Part shown: piece after piece, positions 1-10,391 of the stretch
How the letters are laid out: each line of letters starts with the position of its first letter
Position numbering within the stretch: position 1 is the first letter of the stretch
Origin: Candidatus Thioglobus sp.
GTDB taxonomy: Bacteria; Pseudomonadota; Gammaproteobacteria; PS1; Pseudothioglobaceae
Length of the DNA stretch: 64,000 nucleotides
Reading direction: 5' to 3'
Assembly: GCA_028228555.1 (NCBI GenBank)
Contig: JAOJBP010000005.1
Location: forward strand, 20,197 to 84,196
The notes under the pieces: generated by a model
The model's database searches: none
Told to the model about the DNA's origin: nothing
What the model saw: the letters and a program-made list of their open reading frames with translations, nothing else
Position numbers and translations under genes: made by a program

Positions 1-228
1 ATTATTTATTATTCAGTCGAGTGGTGGAATAGCCTACATCAAGGCGCCTCCATTGGCGTTAATAAAGTATCAATGCAAATAGATATGTTTATTGCATTAA
101 TGCTTATTAGTTTTGCCTTTAAATTTTTGTACGGTGCTTTGGTATTAATGCGAGCACGAGATGAAATATTAACCACAGAGCAAAACTCAACCTGGGTAAA
201 GAAGTTAATTATGAAAGGTGAGAAATGA
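1..228 (+). CDS. ccmC: Heme exporter protein C, 3' part (gene starts before the window)
   Basis: Frame 1 reads IIYYSVEWWNSLHQG...KGEK*, the CcmC WWxxLHQ motif; TGA at 226-228; upstream of ccmDE. Confidence 0.92.
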   Translation: MIYYSVEWWNSLHQGASIGVNKVSMQIDMFIALMLISFAFKFLYGALVLMRARDEILTTEQNSTWVKKLIMKGEK

Positions 229-389
229 TGGAAATATTTACACTTTTAGCCTTTGACAAATACGCTAGTTATATTTGGTTTTCATACGGAATCACATTTA
301 TTGCGATTGCACTGCTTTTTATAAGAACTAAAAGTATTCATCGTGATACGATCAAACAATTACGTTCTAAATATTTAAGGGATTTATAG
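225..389 (+). CDS. ccmD: Heme exporter protein D (54 aa, not in ORF track)
   Basis: My translation MMEIFTLLAFDKYASYIWFSYGITFIAIALLFIRTKSIHRDTIKQLRSKYLRDL*; single TM plus basic tail; ATGA overlap with ccmC stop; lies between ccmC and ccmE. Confidence 0.85.
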   Translation: MMEIFTLLAFDKYASYIWFSYGITFIAIALLFIRTKSIHRDTIKQLRSKYLRDL

Positions 390-390
390 T

Positions 391-807
391 ATGACTAAAA
401 GACAAAATAGAATGGTATTAGTGGCTTTACTGTTGGCAGGTGCTGTGTTGGCTATCACTTTGTTGCTTCAAGCATTGGGCAGTAATACGAATTATTTTTA
501 TTCACCTACTGAAGTAGCCGAAGGAAAAGCACCAATTGGTAAGACTTTTCGTTTAGGTGGTCTGGTTGCTAAAGGCAGCGTGATACGAAAAGATATGATG
601 GTTAGTTTTGATGTAACAGATAATAAGAATAAATTTACAATCGAATATACGGGCATCTTGCCAGATTTATTTAGAGAGGGTCAGGGTATTATTACAACAG
701 GCTCACTAGTAGGTGAAATCTTTATAGCAACTGAGGTTTTAGCGAAGCATGATGAAAACTATATGCCGCCAGAAGTGGCTGATGCATTAGAGAAAAGTAA
801 AAAGTAG
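391..807 (+). CDS. ccmE: Cytochrome c maturation heme chaperone CcmE
   Basis: N-terminal TM, LPDLFREGQG and LAKHDENYMPPEV motifs. Confidence 0.96.
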   Translation: MTKRQNRMVLVALLLAGAVLAITLLLQALGSNTNYFYSPTEVAEGKAPIGKTFRLGGLVAKGSVIRKDMMVSFDVTDNKNKFTIEYTGILPDLFREGQGIITTGSLVGEIFIATEVLAKHDENYMPPEVADALEKSKK

Positions 808-809
808 TT

Positions 810-1349
810 ATGGGTAAATTTCTGCCACTAGCCATCTTTGTTATCCTTGCTTGGTTTTTGTATGATGGACTAGGTCGTGATACCAAAAAACTACCTTCAC
901 CTTTAATTGGAAAAGCCTTTCCAGATTTAATCGTAGAAGACTTTAACTCAGATGAAAAATACTCCACTCAATCCCAATTAACAGGCAAAATTACGCTGGT
1001 TAATGTTTGGGCTTCATGGTGTGTAACCTGTCGAGCTGAACACCAAACTTTGATGAATATTGCCCAATCTAAATCTGTATATATGATTGGTATTAATTAC
1101 AAAGATACACGTAAAGAAGGTCAAGTTTTCTTAGATAGATTGAAAAACCCTTATGACCAAATTATTTTTGACGAACAGGGGAAGCTAGGATTGGAGCTCG
1201 GTGTTTATGCAACACCTGAAACTTTTGTAGTCGATAGCCAGGGAATTATTCGATTTAAGCGCATCGGGCAATTAACCCCAGAGATCTGGGATATGCAAAT
1301 TTTACCGTTAATTCAACAGCTTAAAATATCAGCAAAAACTAATACATAA
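810..1349 (+). CDS. dsbE: Thiol:disulfide interchange protein DsbE/CcmG
   Basis: NVWASWCVTC, GINYKD and LGVYATPETF motifs; ccm context. Confidence 0.95.
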   Translation: MGKFLPLAIFVILAWFLYDGLGRDTKKLPSPLIGKAFPDLIVEDFNSDEKYSTQSQLTGKITLVNVWASWCVTCRAEHQTLMNIAQSKSVYMIGINYKDTRKEGQVFLDRLKNPYDQIIFDEQGKLGLELGVYATPETFVVDSQGIIRFKRIGQLTPEIWDMQILPLIQQLKISAKTNT

Positions 1350-1375
1350 AGTTTTTTGTTTTTTTTTAAAAATCC

Positions 1376-1403
1376 GTTGACAGTATGGGTATTTAATGGA
1401 TAA
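1376..1403 (+). promoter_or_regulatory. Probable sigma70 promoter of hupB
   Basis: TTGACA at 1376-1381 and GATAAT 16 nt downstream. Confidence 0.5.
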
Positions 1404-1480
1404 TTCATCCAAAGCAGTGTTATAAATGCTTAGCAAATTTTAATAATGAAACATGATTTACGAAATAGGAGAATAGAGTA

Positions 1481-1756
1481 ATGAATAAGTCAGATTTAGT
1501 AGCAGCAATTGCTGAGAATTCAGGTTTAACAAAAGCTGATGCAGCTCGCGCATTAGACGCAACAACAGGTGCAATCACTACAGCATTGTCATCAGGCGAT
1601 AGCGTAGCAATTACAGGTTTTGGTAGTTTCTTAGTAAGAGACCGTGCAGCACGCACTGGCCGTAACCCACAAACAGGCGCAGCGATTCAAATCAAAGCAT
1701 CTAAAGTACCTGCATTTAAAGCAGGTAAATTACTTAAAGAATCAGTTAACTCTTAA
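1481..1756 (+). CDS. hupB: DNA-binding protein HU
   Basis: MNKSDL...GFGSF...RTGRNPQTG...VPAFKAGK; SD AGGAG; precedes ppiD. Confidence 0.96.
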   Translation: MNKSDLVAAIAENSGLTKADAARALDATTGAITTALSSGDSVAITGFGSFLVRDRAARTGRNPQTGAAIQIKASKVPAFKAGKLLKESVNS

Positions 1757-1771
1757 GATTTTTTCAGTATA

Positions 1772-1815
1772 ATATGCCCGGTGCTTAATCTTAAGTGTTG
1801 GGCATATGTTTTTTT
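1772..1815 (+). terminator. Intrinsic terminator of hupB, overlapping the probable tRNA promoter -10 (TATAAT 1768-1773)
   Basis: ATATGCCCGGTGCTTAA-TC-TTAAGTGTTGGGCATAT hairpin followed by a T tract. Confidence 0.7.
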
Positions 1816-1891
1816 GGGCGATTAGCTCAGTTGGTAGAGCGTCGCCCTTACAAGGCGAATGTCACAAGTTCAAGTCTTGTATCGCCCACCA
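1816..1891 (+). tRNA. tRNA-Val (anticodon TAC)
   Basis: Cloverleaf; anticodon arm TCGCC-CTTACAA-GGCGA; TTCAA T-loop; encoded CCA. Confidence 0.97.
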
Positions 1892-1903
1892 AAAAAACAT
1901 TTC

Positions 1904-1980
<77 letters not shown>

Positions 1981-2134
1981 TTACTTTTTCAAGTATTGGC
2001 CCCCTAATTCAAATCAAATTTAAATAATCTAAAAACACCCTTTTTTTTTATAAACTTTTTCGTTTATAATCTTTGTTTTTCATGATTTAAATTTTGACGC
2101 TTGTTTTTCAAGCATCAATCCCCCTCTTATTATT

Positions 2135-3979
2135 ATGCTTAGTTCTATTAAAAACAAAACCAAAGGCTGGGTAGCCTATTTAATTGTCGGTTTAATCACT
2201 GTTCCTTTTGCCTTATTTGGTGTTAATGAATATTTTACTGGTGCCTCTAATATCGTCGTTGCTTCGATTGATGATGATGAAATTTCAAAAGAAGAGTTTT
2301 TAGCTGAATTTAATCCACAAAAAAGACGGCTTCAGCAAAAATTAGCTGAAAAATACGATACAGATTTCGATACGGTTTTAAAGCAATCAATTGTTAATCA
2401 AATGATTGATAAGCGCCTACTTAATCAGTTGGCTGAAGATATGTCGCATGCGACGAGTGGTTCAGAGTTAAACGCTATTATTCAAACTAACGACTTGTTT
2501 CAAGAGCAGGGTCGTTTTTCACTAGAAAAATATAAAAATTTATTAAGGCTAAATGGTTATACAGCTGCTGAGTACGAATCTGTTAGATCGAAAGAGTTGA
2601 CACAAAATCAAATTAAATATAACTTACTAGACTCTGCTTTTATGTTGCCTTCACAACTAGAAAGATTGCAAAACCTTAATGATCAGCAGCGCGAGTTTGC
2701 TTATATAAAACTTAATGCTGATGATTACACAGCCAAAGTGAATGTGAATGAAAAAAGTATTGAGGATTATTTCAATAATCAAAAAGAATCATTCTTTGCA
2801 CCTGAGCAGGCCAAAATTGAATTTGTTGAGCTTTCTTTAGCTCAAGTCGCCAAAACTATCAAAGTCACAGAAGATGAGTTATTTAACTTCTATGAGGATG
2901 AGCAAGCTCGATTCACAACAGAAGAAGAGCGTCAAGCGCAGCATATCCTATTAGCAACTGAAGAAACTGCTAACAAGGTATTAGACTTACTTAACCAAGG
3001 TGGTGATTTTTCAAAGTTAGCAGCTCAATATTCTCAGGATACAGGCTCAAAAGATACTGGCGGTGATTTAGGCCTGTTCGGCCGTGGTGTGATGGTTGGT
3101 GCTTTTGAAGAGAGTGCATTTTCTATGCAAGAAGGCGATCTAAGTGGCTTGGTCAAATCTGAGTTCGGATATCATATTATTAAATTAAACAAAATTAAGG
3201 CCGGCATCGTCAAGTCTTTTGATAGTGTTAAATCAGAGTTAACACAACTTTATACAGAATCTCAAGCACAGAAAGATCTATACAACTTAAGAGAGCAATT
3301 GGCCAATCTTTCTTATGAAGCCAACCTGGAAGAAGTATCTAGTCAAATGTCACTTAAGATAAATACGAGTGATTTCTTTGATAGAGAGGACACAAAGCTC
3401 GACGCTAAAATTGTTGCAGCAGCATTTAGCGATGTTGTCCTTAATAAGGGTGAAAATTCAGAAGTTTTAGAGTTAGATAAAAATCGTTTTGTTGTGGTTC
3501 ACTTGAAACAAAAACTACCTCAGCGTCAAAAAACATTTAAAGAGGTTAAGGGTGAAATTAACACCCATTTAACACGTCTTTTAGCTAAAACTTTTGTTGA
3601 TAATATTGCTACTCAAATTGTTACTTCTTCTAAAGTTGGTGATATGAAGTCTGTAGATCAGTTAATGAGTAAAAACTCACTTAAGTGGGAAACTATTGGC
3701 TGGGTTAAGCGCGATACCACTAAAGCTAATACCTCAATTGTCAACAAGGTATTTGCATTACCAAAACCAAAAACTGATCCGGTCTTCAGCGCTCAGAGTC
3801 TAGATAAAAGAAATGCACTTGTTATTAATTTAACCGGTGTAAAGGTTTCTAAGTCTAAAGCTTCAAAAGCTAATCTTGAAAAGATATTGCTAGGTTTTGA
3901 ATCTAATGAAGTTTTTGTGAATATCTTGCAAGCACTTAGATCTAAAGCTGAAATCAAAGTGTTTAATTCAAAACTATAA
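2135..3979 (+). CDS. ppiD: Periplasmic chaperone / parvulin PPIase PpiD
   Basis: N-terminal anchor, SurA-like N domain, parvulin motifs HIL, SQDTGSKDTGGDLG and SEFGYHIIK; follows hupB. Confidence 0.93.
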   Translation: MLSSIKNKTKGWVAYLIVGLITVPFALFGVNEYFTGASNIVVASIDDDEISKEEFLAEFNPQKRRLQQKLAEKYDTDFDTVLKQSIVNQMIDKRLLNQLAEDMSHATSGSELNAIIQTNDLFQEQGRFSLEKYKNLLRLNGYTAAEYESVRSKELTQNQIKYNLLDSAFMLPSQLERLQNLNDQQREFAYIKLNADDYTAKVNVNEKSIEDYFNNQKESFFAPEQAKIEFVELSLAQVAKTIKVTEDELFNFYEDEQARFTTEEERQAQHILLATEETANKVLDLLNQGGDFSKLAAQYSQDTGSKDTGGDLGLFGRGVMVGAFEESAFSMQEGDLSGLVKSEFGYHIIKLNKIKAGIVKSFDSVKSELTQLYTESQAQKDLYNLREQLANLSYEANLEEVSSQMSLKINTSDFFDREDTKLDAKIVAAAFSDVVLNKGENSEVLELDKNRFVVVHLKQKLPQRQKTFKEVKGEINTHLTRLLAKTFVDNIATQIVTSSKVGDMKSVDQLMSKNSLKWETIGWVKRDTTKANTSIVNKVFALPKPKTDPVFSAQSLDKRNALVINLTGVKVSKSKASKANLEKILLGFESNEVFVNILQALRSKAEIKVFNSKL

Positions 3980-4028
3980 ATTGCTTGGAGTTATAAAGGG
4001 CTTAAGATAAAAAGATACAAATAGACAC

Positions 4029-4059
4029 AAAAAAGCCTTGAATTTTCAAGGCTTTTTTT
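4029..4059. terminator. Bidirectional terminator between ppiD and fabI
   Basis: AAAAAAGCCTTGAA-TT-TTCAAGGCTTTTTTT. Confidence 0.85.
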
Positions 4060-4082
4060 GTTTAATAAAATTTTTTCTATCT

Positions 4083-4865
4083 TTATTCTGGACCTTTATC
4101 ATAAAAACTGTAACCAGAGTCGATATAGGTTACTTCACCTGTAATACCAGAAGCTAAATCAGAACATAAGAAGGCTGCTGCATTACCTACTTCTTCAGTA
4201 GTTACGGTACGCTTAAGTGCTGAAGAGTCTGCTGCATAGTCAAGTAGCTTGCCAAAGTCTTTAATACCAGAAGCAGCCAATGTCTTAATCGGACCAGCAG
4301 ATACAGCATTAACACGAATACCGCGCTCAGGTCCAAGTGCAGCAGCCATATAACGCACATTTGCCTCAAGTGATGCCTTAGCAACACCCATGACGTTGTA
4401 GTTAGGGATGGCGCGAATAGCACCTAGATAGCTAACAGTTAGCAGAGCACCATTATCATTTAGCATGGATGAAGCATATTTAGCAAGGGCTGTAAAGCTG
4501 TATGAACTAACGTCATGCGCTGCTGCAAAATTTTCACGGGTAGTCACTTCGACATAATTTCCATTCAGTGCTTCACGAGGAGCAAATGCCACTGAGTGCA
4601 CGATAATGTCAAAATTATCCCAGTGGCTTTTAAGCTCTGTAAAGGTTTGCTGAATGCCTTCATCTGTGGCGACGTCACATTCAATAACAATATTGGAGTT
4701 ACATACTTCAGCACATTTATCAACACGTTTTTTTAATTTTTCGTTTTGATAAGTAAGCGCAATCTCACATCCTTGTTTAGCCATCGCTTCAGCAATACCC
4801 CAAGCAATCGAGCGATTAGAAGCAACACCAACAATCAATGCCTTTTTTCCAGTCATGAAACCCAT
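4083..4865 (-). CDS. fabI: Enoyl-ACP reductase FabI
   Basis: [26 protein letters not shown] and [12 protein letters not shown] motifs. Confidence 0.97.
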   Translation of the reverse strand: MGFMTGKKALIVGVASNRSIAWGIAEAMAKQGCEIALTYQNEKLKKRVDKCAEVCNSNIVIECDVATDEGIQQTFTELKSHWDNFDIIVHSVAFAPREALNGNYVEVTTRENFAAAHDVSSYSFTALAKYASSMLNDNGALLTVSYLGAIRAIPNYNVMGVAKASLEANVRYMAAALGPERGIRVNAVSAGPIKTLAASGIKDFGKLLDYAADSSALKRTVTTEEVGNAAAFLCSDLASGITGEVTYIDSGYSFYDKGPE

Positions 4866-4948
4866 AAAATCTCCAATTTGTCATTAATAAAAAACAAATT
4901 ATAACCTACACAGCACCTATAATAACGATCTGTTCTTGTAATTATTAA

Positions 4949-6415
4949 ATGTCAATGTTAGATATCTTCTTAACCCCAATTCGTGCATTTAGACTTAGAT
5001 ACATCCCTTTACTGTTGATTTATTTTTCATATGGTAGTGGTGTTTTTACAGCGATTGCTGAAAACTTTTGGGTCAAAGACACGTTGGATATGACGGCAGC
5101 AGATTTAGCCGAGCTAGGTATTTGGCTAACTGTCCCGTGGACGGTTAAAATGATTTTTGGCTCATTGGTTGATAGTGTTAATATTTTTGGATCTAATCGA
5201 AAATCCTATGTTTATATAGGCGCAGTTCTTATTACAATTAGCTCGTTGATGATGATAGCCGTGGTGGGTGACTACTCAATTATCCAAGATTTCTCTAAAA
5301 AATCTGTCTATGTTTTTGCCAGCGTAATTGCGGTGACGGGCTTTGTCATGCAAGATGTTGTAGCTGACACAATGACTACAGAGGTGGTTGATAAAAATCA
5401 GTCTCAAGAAAAAATAAACCAAGAGTTGGCTACCATTCAAGTTTTAGCTCGCCTATCTTTGGGTTTTGCAATTTTTATTACCGGTTGGATTGGTGGAGAA
5501 CTGGCAGATGTATTTCATGATAATCGTGAGATTGTATTTCAGATTGCCTTATTTGTACCTTTACTTTCTATTTTGGGTGTGAGCTTAGTCAAGCTTAATC
5601 CTGTGCCCATTTCTCCAATTAATAAGCAAGTGCTATTTGGAGGCCTGATCTTTGCAGTATTTATTGTTCTTATGGGTTATAACGACGTACCTTATTCACA
5701 AGAAATTATTTTTGTTATTTCATTATCGGTCGTTCTATATCTACTTTCTGATCTAATTAATGACTTAGATGCACGCACTATTCGTCATATCAAAATGGCG
5801 ATGATTATCATCTTTGTCTATCGCGCCATGCCATCAGTTGGTGCGGGTTTGAGCTGGTGGGAGATTGACGTTTTGGGTTTTGATGAATCCTTCTTTGCTA
5901 AGCTATCTGCTATTGGCGGTGGTATTGCTCTGGCGGGTATGTGGTTCTCAGCTAAGTTTATTATCAAGCGAGATATCGCCGAAGTGCTCATCTTTTTAAC
6001 CATTATTGGCACATTGCTATCATTGCCAATTGTGGCTATGTATTACGATGTTCATACTATGTTAGGCTTTGATGCACGAACTGTGGCTTTGGTTGATACC
6101 GCCATGGCTTCTCCGTTCGATTATATCGCCCAAGTGCTGATGCTAACCCTGGTGGCTATTTATGCACCCGAAGGTAAAAAGGGCACTTGGTTTGCATTGA
6201 TGGCAAGTTTAATGAATATAGCACTGAGTGCTGGCGGTTTGTTCACCAAATACTTAAATCAAATATTTGTTGTTAGTCGTGAAATAGTAACAGATGGCGT
6301 CGTTACCACTGCTCAAGATTATTCAGCTCTGGGAGATTTATTGTGGATTGTGGTTGTCATTGGTTTTGTGGTACCTATAGTCACCATTATTAAATACAAT
6401 CCTAATAAAGCATGA
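4949..6415 (+). CDS. BT1 (folate/biopterin) family MFS transporter
   Basis: About 12 TM segments; PWTVKMIFGSLVD and QDVVAD motifs typical of the BT1 family. Confidence 0.7.
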   Translation: MSMLDIFLTPIRAFRLRYIPLLLIYFSYGSGVFTAIAENFWVKDTLDMTAADLAELGIWLTVPWTVKMIFGSLVDSVNIFGSNRKSYVYIGAVLITISSLMMIAVVGDYSIIQDFSKKSVYVFASVIAVTGFVMQDVVADTMTTEVVDKNQSQEKINQELATIQVLARLSLGFAIFITGWIGGELADVFHDNREIVFQIALFVPLLSILGVSLVKLNPVPISPINKQVLFGGLIFAVFIVLMGYNDVPYSQEIIFVISLSVVLYLLSDLINDLDARTIRHIKMAMIIIFVYRAMPSVGAGLSWWEIDVLGFDESFFAKLSAIGGGIALAGMWFSAKFIIKRDIAEVLIFLTIIGTLLSLPIVAMYYDVHTMLGFDARTVALVDTAMASPFDYIAQVLMLTLVAIYAPEGKKGTWFALMASLMNIALSAGGLFTKYLNQIFVVSREIVTDGVVTTAQDYSALGDLLWIVVVIGFVVPIVTIIKYNPNKA

Positions 6416-6885
6416 GCCAATACAAGTATTACTTCCTGTCTTTAATATTGGTGATAGCAGATCAGCTTACTAAGTTAATGGTGTTCAACTCTTTAGAGTT
6501 ATATGAATCAATTGAAATAACGAATTTTTTCAGTTTAACCCATGTGCATAATTATGGTGCTGCATTTAGTTTTTTGGCTGATGAAGATGGTTGGCAGCAA
6601 TATTTCTTGGTAAGTGTCTCTGCAATAGCCAGTATTGTGATCATCCTATGGATGAGAAAAATTAGCACAAAGCAGCCTTATAAACTTATAGCGCTTAGTC
6701 TTATTTTATCTGGGGCTATCGGTAATTTAATTGATCGAGCAGTGTTTGGATTTGTAATAGATTTTATTAATCTTCACTATCAAGACTTTTATTGGCCAGT
6801 ATTTAATGTGGCCGATATGGCTATTACTTTGGGCGTTATATTGCTATTATTAGTTGATTTTAAAAAAGACAGGGCTAAATCATGA
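6412..6885 (+). CDS. lspA: Lipoprotein signal peptidase II
   Basis: DQLTK, NYGAAFS, GAIGNLIDR and FNVAD motifs. Confidence 0.97.
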   Translation: MSQYKYYFLSLILVIADQLTKLMVFNSLELYESIEITNFFSLTHVHNYGAAFSFLADEDGWQQYFLVSVSAIASIVIILWMRKISTKQPYKLIALSLILSGAIGNLIDRAVFGFVIDFINLHYQDFYWPVFNVADMAITLGVILLLLVDFKKDRAKS

Positions 6886-7871
6886 GTGATTGTTTAATCA
6901 TCGGTGGTGGTGTAATCGGCATGATGAGCGCTCGCTCTCTTGCGCTGTCTGGCGCAAAAGTTACCTTGATCGATCAACAAGCCTGTGCTCAAGAATCTTC
7001 TTGGGCAGGTGGCGGTATTATTTCAACGCTTTACCCTTGGAAATACAATGACTTAACTAACGAACTAAGTTTGGCTTCTCAGGTTGTATATGAGCAATTG
7101 TGCGCTCAAATACTAGAAGATACTGGGCTTGATCCACAGTATATAAAATCTGGATTATTGATGATGGATGAGTATGATTCAGACGAGGCAATAGCATGGT
7201 TGAAGCGCCATGGCTTAAAGTATCAGCCTCATCAGCAAGGCGCTTTATTTAGTGAGATTGCTCAAGTGCGTAATCCCCGCTTACTCAAAGCACTCAAAGC
7301 CGATATCATCAATAAAGGCGTTAAGATTATTGAGCATGTCAAAATTGAAAAATTATTAATTAAAAATGATAAAGCATTAGGTGTGGTGAGTGATAATCAA
7401 ACCTATTTGGCAGATTATGTTGTAGCTTGTTCAGGCGCTTGGAGTTCTCAGTGGTTGGATTTAAAAGAAGAAATATTTCCTATGAAAGGTCAAATGATTG
7501 TGCTCAAATCCAAACCAGATACTGTTGAGAACATAGTTTTGGATCAAGGACGATATATCATTCCTCGTCAAGATGGGCATATTCTAGTAGGATCAACCAT
7601 GCAAAATGTTGGTTTTGACCGTTCAACTGATGATCAAACGTGCAAAGAATTGCATGAGTTTGCTAGCAAAAGATTTAGCGCACTTGCCGATGCCCAAGTC
7701 GAGCATCATTGGTCAGGTTTTAGGCCAGCAAGTAAATCCGCCAAAGTCATGCTCGGCAAACACGCCGAGTTTGATAATGTATTTATAAATACCGGTCATT
7801 TTCGCAATGGCCTTAATATGGCGCCAGAAAGTGCCAAAAGAATTACACAATTAATCAATCATGAAATTTAG
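6882..7871 (+). CDS. thiO: FAD-dependent glycine oxidase (ThiO/DAO family)
   Basis: GGGVIG Rossmann motif, SSWAGGGI, GHFRNG. Confidence 0.75.
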   Translation: MSDCLIIGGGVIGMMSARSLALSGAKVTLIDQQACAQESSWAGGGIISTLYPWKYNDLTNELSLASQVVYEQLCAQILEDTGLDPQYIKSGLLMMDEYDSDEAIAWLKRHGLKYQPHQQGALFSEIAQVRNPRLLKALKADIINKGVKIIEHVKIEKLLIKNDKALGVVSDNQTYLADYVVACSGAWSSQWLDLKEEIFPMKGQMIVLKSKPDTVENIVLDQGRYIIPRQDGHILVGSTMQNVGFDRSTDDQTCKELHEFASKRFSALADAQVEHHWSGFRPASKSAKVMLGKHAEFDNVFINTGHFRNGLNMAPESAKRITQLINHEI

Positions 7872-8412
7872 CCTTATATTTTTATTTCTAACCTCAATCA
7901 TAAGTGCTGCTAATGCTCAGCTTTTTAAAGTATCTGATCGAGGTGGCATATTAAAGAACACCTCTTCAGAGCAAAGATGCGTCCTAGACGATCGGTCAAA
8001 ATTGGTATGGGAAGTTAAGCTAACCACCAAAGGTTTGCAAAATACCCAAAATACCTATACTTGGTTTAACACTAAAAGCGGCATCCAAAATGGCGACTAC
8101 TCGCATAATTGCCATTGGTCTGAATCTTGTAATACTCAGGCGTATGTCAAAGCACTTAAAGATATTAAGCTTTGTCAGCAGTTAAATTGGCGCTTACCAA
8201 CGCAAGCTGAGCTTAAAACACTTTTGGTATACGGAGATAATGATTTATTAATTAATCAAAATTTTTTCCCAAATACCCAGCTTAAGTCTTACTGGAGTTC
8301 TGATGAATTAAGTACTAATATCGCCATTGATGTGCCGTTTTATTATGGCGGCAGTCAAGGTTCAGATAAATCATTTGATGCCTATGTTCGCCTGGTGAGT
8401 GATGCTAACTAG
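7861..8412 (+). CDS. Secreted DUF1566 (Lcl C-terminal-like) domain protein
   Basis: Signal peptide; LVWEVK, WRLPTQAELKTL, YWSS and C-terminal YVRLV pattern. Confidence 0.75.
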   Translation: MKFSLIFLFLTSIISAANAQLFKVSDRGGILKNTSSEQRCVLDDRSKLVWEVKLTTKGLQNTQNTYTWFNTKSGIQNGDYSHNCHWSESCNTQAYVKALKDIKLCQQLNWRLPTQAELKTLLVYGDNDLLINQNFFPNTQLKSYWSSDELSTNIAIDVPFYYGGSQGSDKSFDAYVRLVSDAN

Positions 8413-10096
8413 AGAACTCGATCAGACCTTACTCGCAAGCTATTCGGATGATATTCCCAATTTTTTAAAACATATTTATGCAGCTCGCGGCGTTAGCGAA
8501 TCTCAATTATCATTAGGCTTATCAAATTTACTCACGCCTAATTTTGACCATCTAGATCGAGCCCTAGATTTATTAGAGCAAGCTTTATTAGAGCAAAGAC
8601 GTATTTTAATCATTGGTGATTTTGACTGTGACGGCGCAACTGCCTCGGTGGTGGCGGTTAAATCATTACGCATGATGGGTGCTAAATATATTGATTTTTT
8701 AGTACCAAATCGATTTGAGCATGGTTACGGGCTTTCGCCAGAAATTGTAAAGCTTGCTATTAAAGAAAAACAGCCTGATTTAATCATTACGGTTGATAAC
8801 GGCGTCTCAAGTTTTGATGGCGCCAAGCTGGCTAAAGAATCAGGTATTAATGTCATTATCACCGATCATCATCTGCCTAGTGACTCACTGCCAGAAGCTG
8901 ATGCCATTATTAATCCAAATCTTAAGGGTTGTGAATTTTTAAGTAAAAATCTAGCCGGTGTTGGTGTCTGTTTTTATTTGTTTTCAGCGCTTAGAACTCA
9001 CTTACAAAAAATTCAATATTTCACTAATAATAATATCTCATCGCCAGATCTACGCATTGTGCTTGATTTAGTTGCACTTGGAACGGTGGCTGACGTGGTG
9101 AAGCTTGATCAGAACAATCGTATTTTGATTGACCAAGGCATTAAGCGCATTCGCGAAAAACAATGTTCACCTGGTATTTTGGCACTGTTAGAAATTGCTA
9201 ATAGACCCCCAGAAACCTTGCAAGCCAGTGATTTGGGATTTGCAGTTGGACCTCGACTGAATGCAGCAGGGCGCCTGAGTGATATTTCCCGCGGTATTAA
9301 ATGCCTGCTAACAGATGATATGAATGATGCTAGACGCTATGCCAAAGAGCTAGAAGAATTTAACCAAAAGCGTAAAGAAGAGCAAGCGCGTATTCAAGAT
9401 GAGGCGCAAGTCATTGTCGATATGCAAGAGCTGTCCGAAGGTAAATTTGCCCTCAGCCTATTTGATCCGTCTTGGCATGAAGGTATTGTTGGTATTGTTG
9501 CGGGTAAGCTTAAAGAGGATTATCACTGTCCAGTGGCGGTATTCGCTAAATCTGGAGATTTCTTAAAAGGCTCTATTCGCTCAATCCCCGATGTACATAT
9601 TAAAGATTTACTTGATTTAGTTGATCGAAAAAATCCAGGCTTAATTCTTAAATTTGGTGGTCACGCTATGGCGGCAGGGTTAAGCATAAAGCTAGAAGGA
9701 TTTTCATCTTTTAAACAAGAGTTTAACAAAGCAATTAAAGCTCACCTTAACAACGAAATACCTAAAGTCGAATTATTAACAGACGGCAAACTTGAGCCGC
9801 GTGATATTTCACTAGACAATGCACAAATTTTGCAACAAGCAGGGCCTTGGGGGCAAAGCTTTGAGGAGCCTATCTTTTTTGGTGATTTTGAAATTGTTGA
9901 GCAAAGAATCGTGGGTGAAAAGCACTTAAAATGCCGATTAAAAGCTATTAATAGCAATCAAGTGTTTGATGCCATTGCATTTTTCCAAGCCCCACTGGAT
10001 TCAACACAAGTGAGTGTTGCTTATAAACTCTCAATTAACATTTGGCGTGGAAGTACTTCTTTACAACTCATGGTTGAACAGATAAACCCTATTTAA
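8399..10096 (+). CDS. recJ: ssDNA exonuclease RecJ
   Basis: GDFDCDGA, PNRFEHGYG, ITDHH, GPRLNAAGRL and FGGHAMAAG motifs. Confidence 0.97.
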   Translation: MMLTRELDQTLLASYSDDIPNFLKHIYAARGVSESQLSLGLSNLLTPNFDHLDRALDLLEQALLEQRRILIIGDFDCDGATASVVAVKSLRMMGAKYIDFLVPNRFEHGYGLSPEIVKLAIKEKQPDLIITVDNGVSSFDGAKLAKESGINVIITDHHLPSDSLPEADAIINPNLKGCEFLSKNLAGVGVCFYLFSALRTHLQKIQYFTNNNISSPDLRIVLDLVALGTVADVVKLDQNNRILIDQGIKRIREKQCSPGILALLEIANRPPETLQASDLGFAVGPRLNAAGRLSDISRGIKCLLTDDMNDARRYAKELEEFNQKRKEEQARIQDEAQVIVDMQELSEGKFALSLFDPSWHEGIVGIVAGKLKEDYHCPVAVFAKSGDFLKGSIRSIPDVHIKDLLDLVDRKNPGLILKFGGHAMAAGLSIKLEGFSSFKQEFNKAIKAHLNNEIPKVELLTDGKLEPRDISLDNAQILQQAGPWGQSFEEPIFFGDFEIVEQRIVGEKHLKCRLKAINSNQVFDAIAFFQAPLDSTQVSVAYKLSINIWRGSTSLQLMVEQINPI

Positions 10097-10391
10097 TTAG
10101 AGTTTAAAATTTCTCAAATTATGTGAATGGCACTTATTTTTGATTTTTTGTCATATTTTTAGCTAAAAAACCACGAATAAGCGCCTTATTTCTCCTAAAG
10201 CACCCCTATTTATATTGATTTAAGCCTTAATATTGCTATTTTTTAGCCGATTTATCATAGTTAGGTAATTTTAAATAAAAATTTGGCGAAATATTAAAAT
10301 TAATTTTTTTTTAAACTGTTTTTTTGACTTATATCAATAATATACAAATACTTATATAATTTGACCATATTATTTTCAGTAGGGACTTTTA

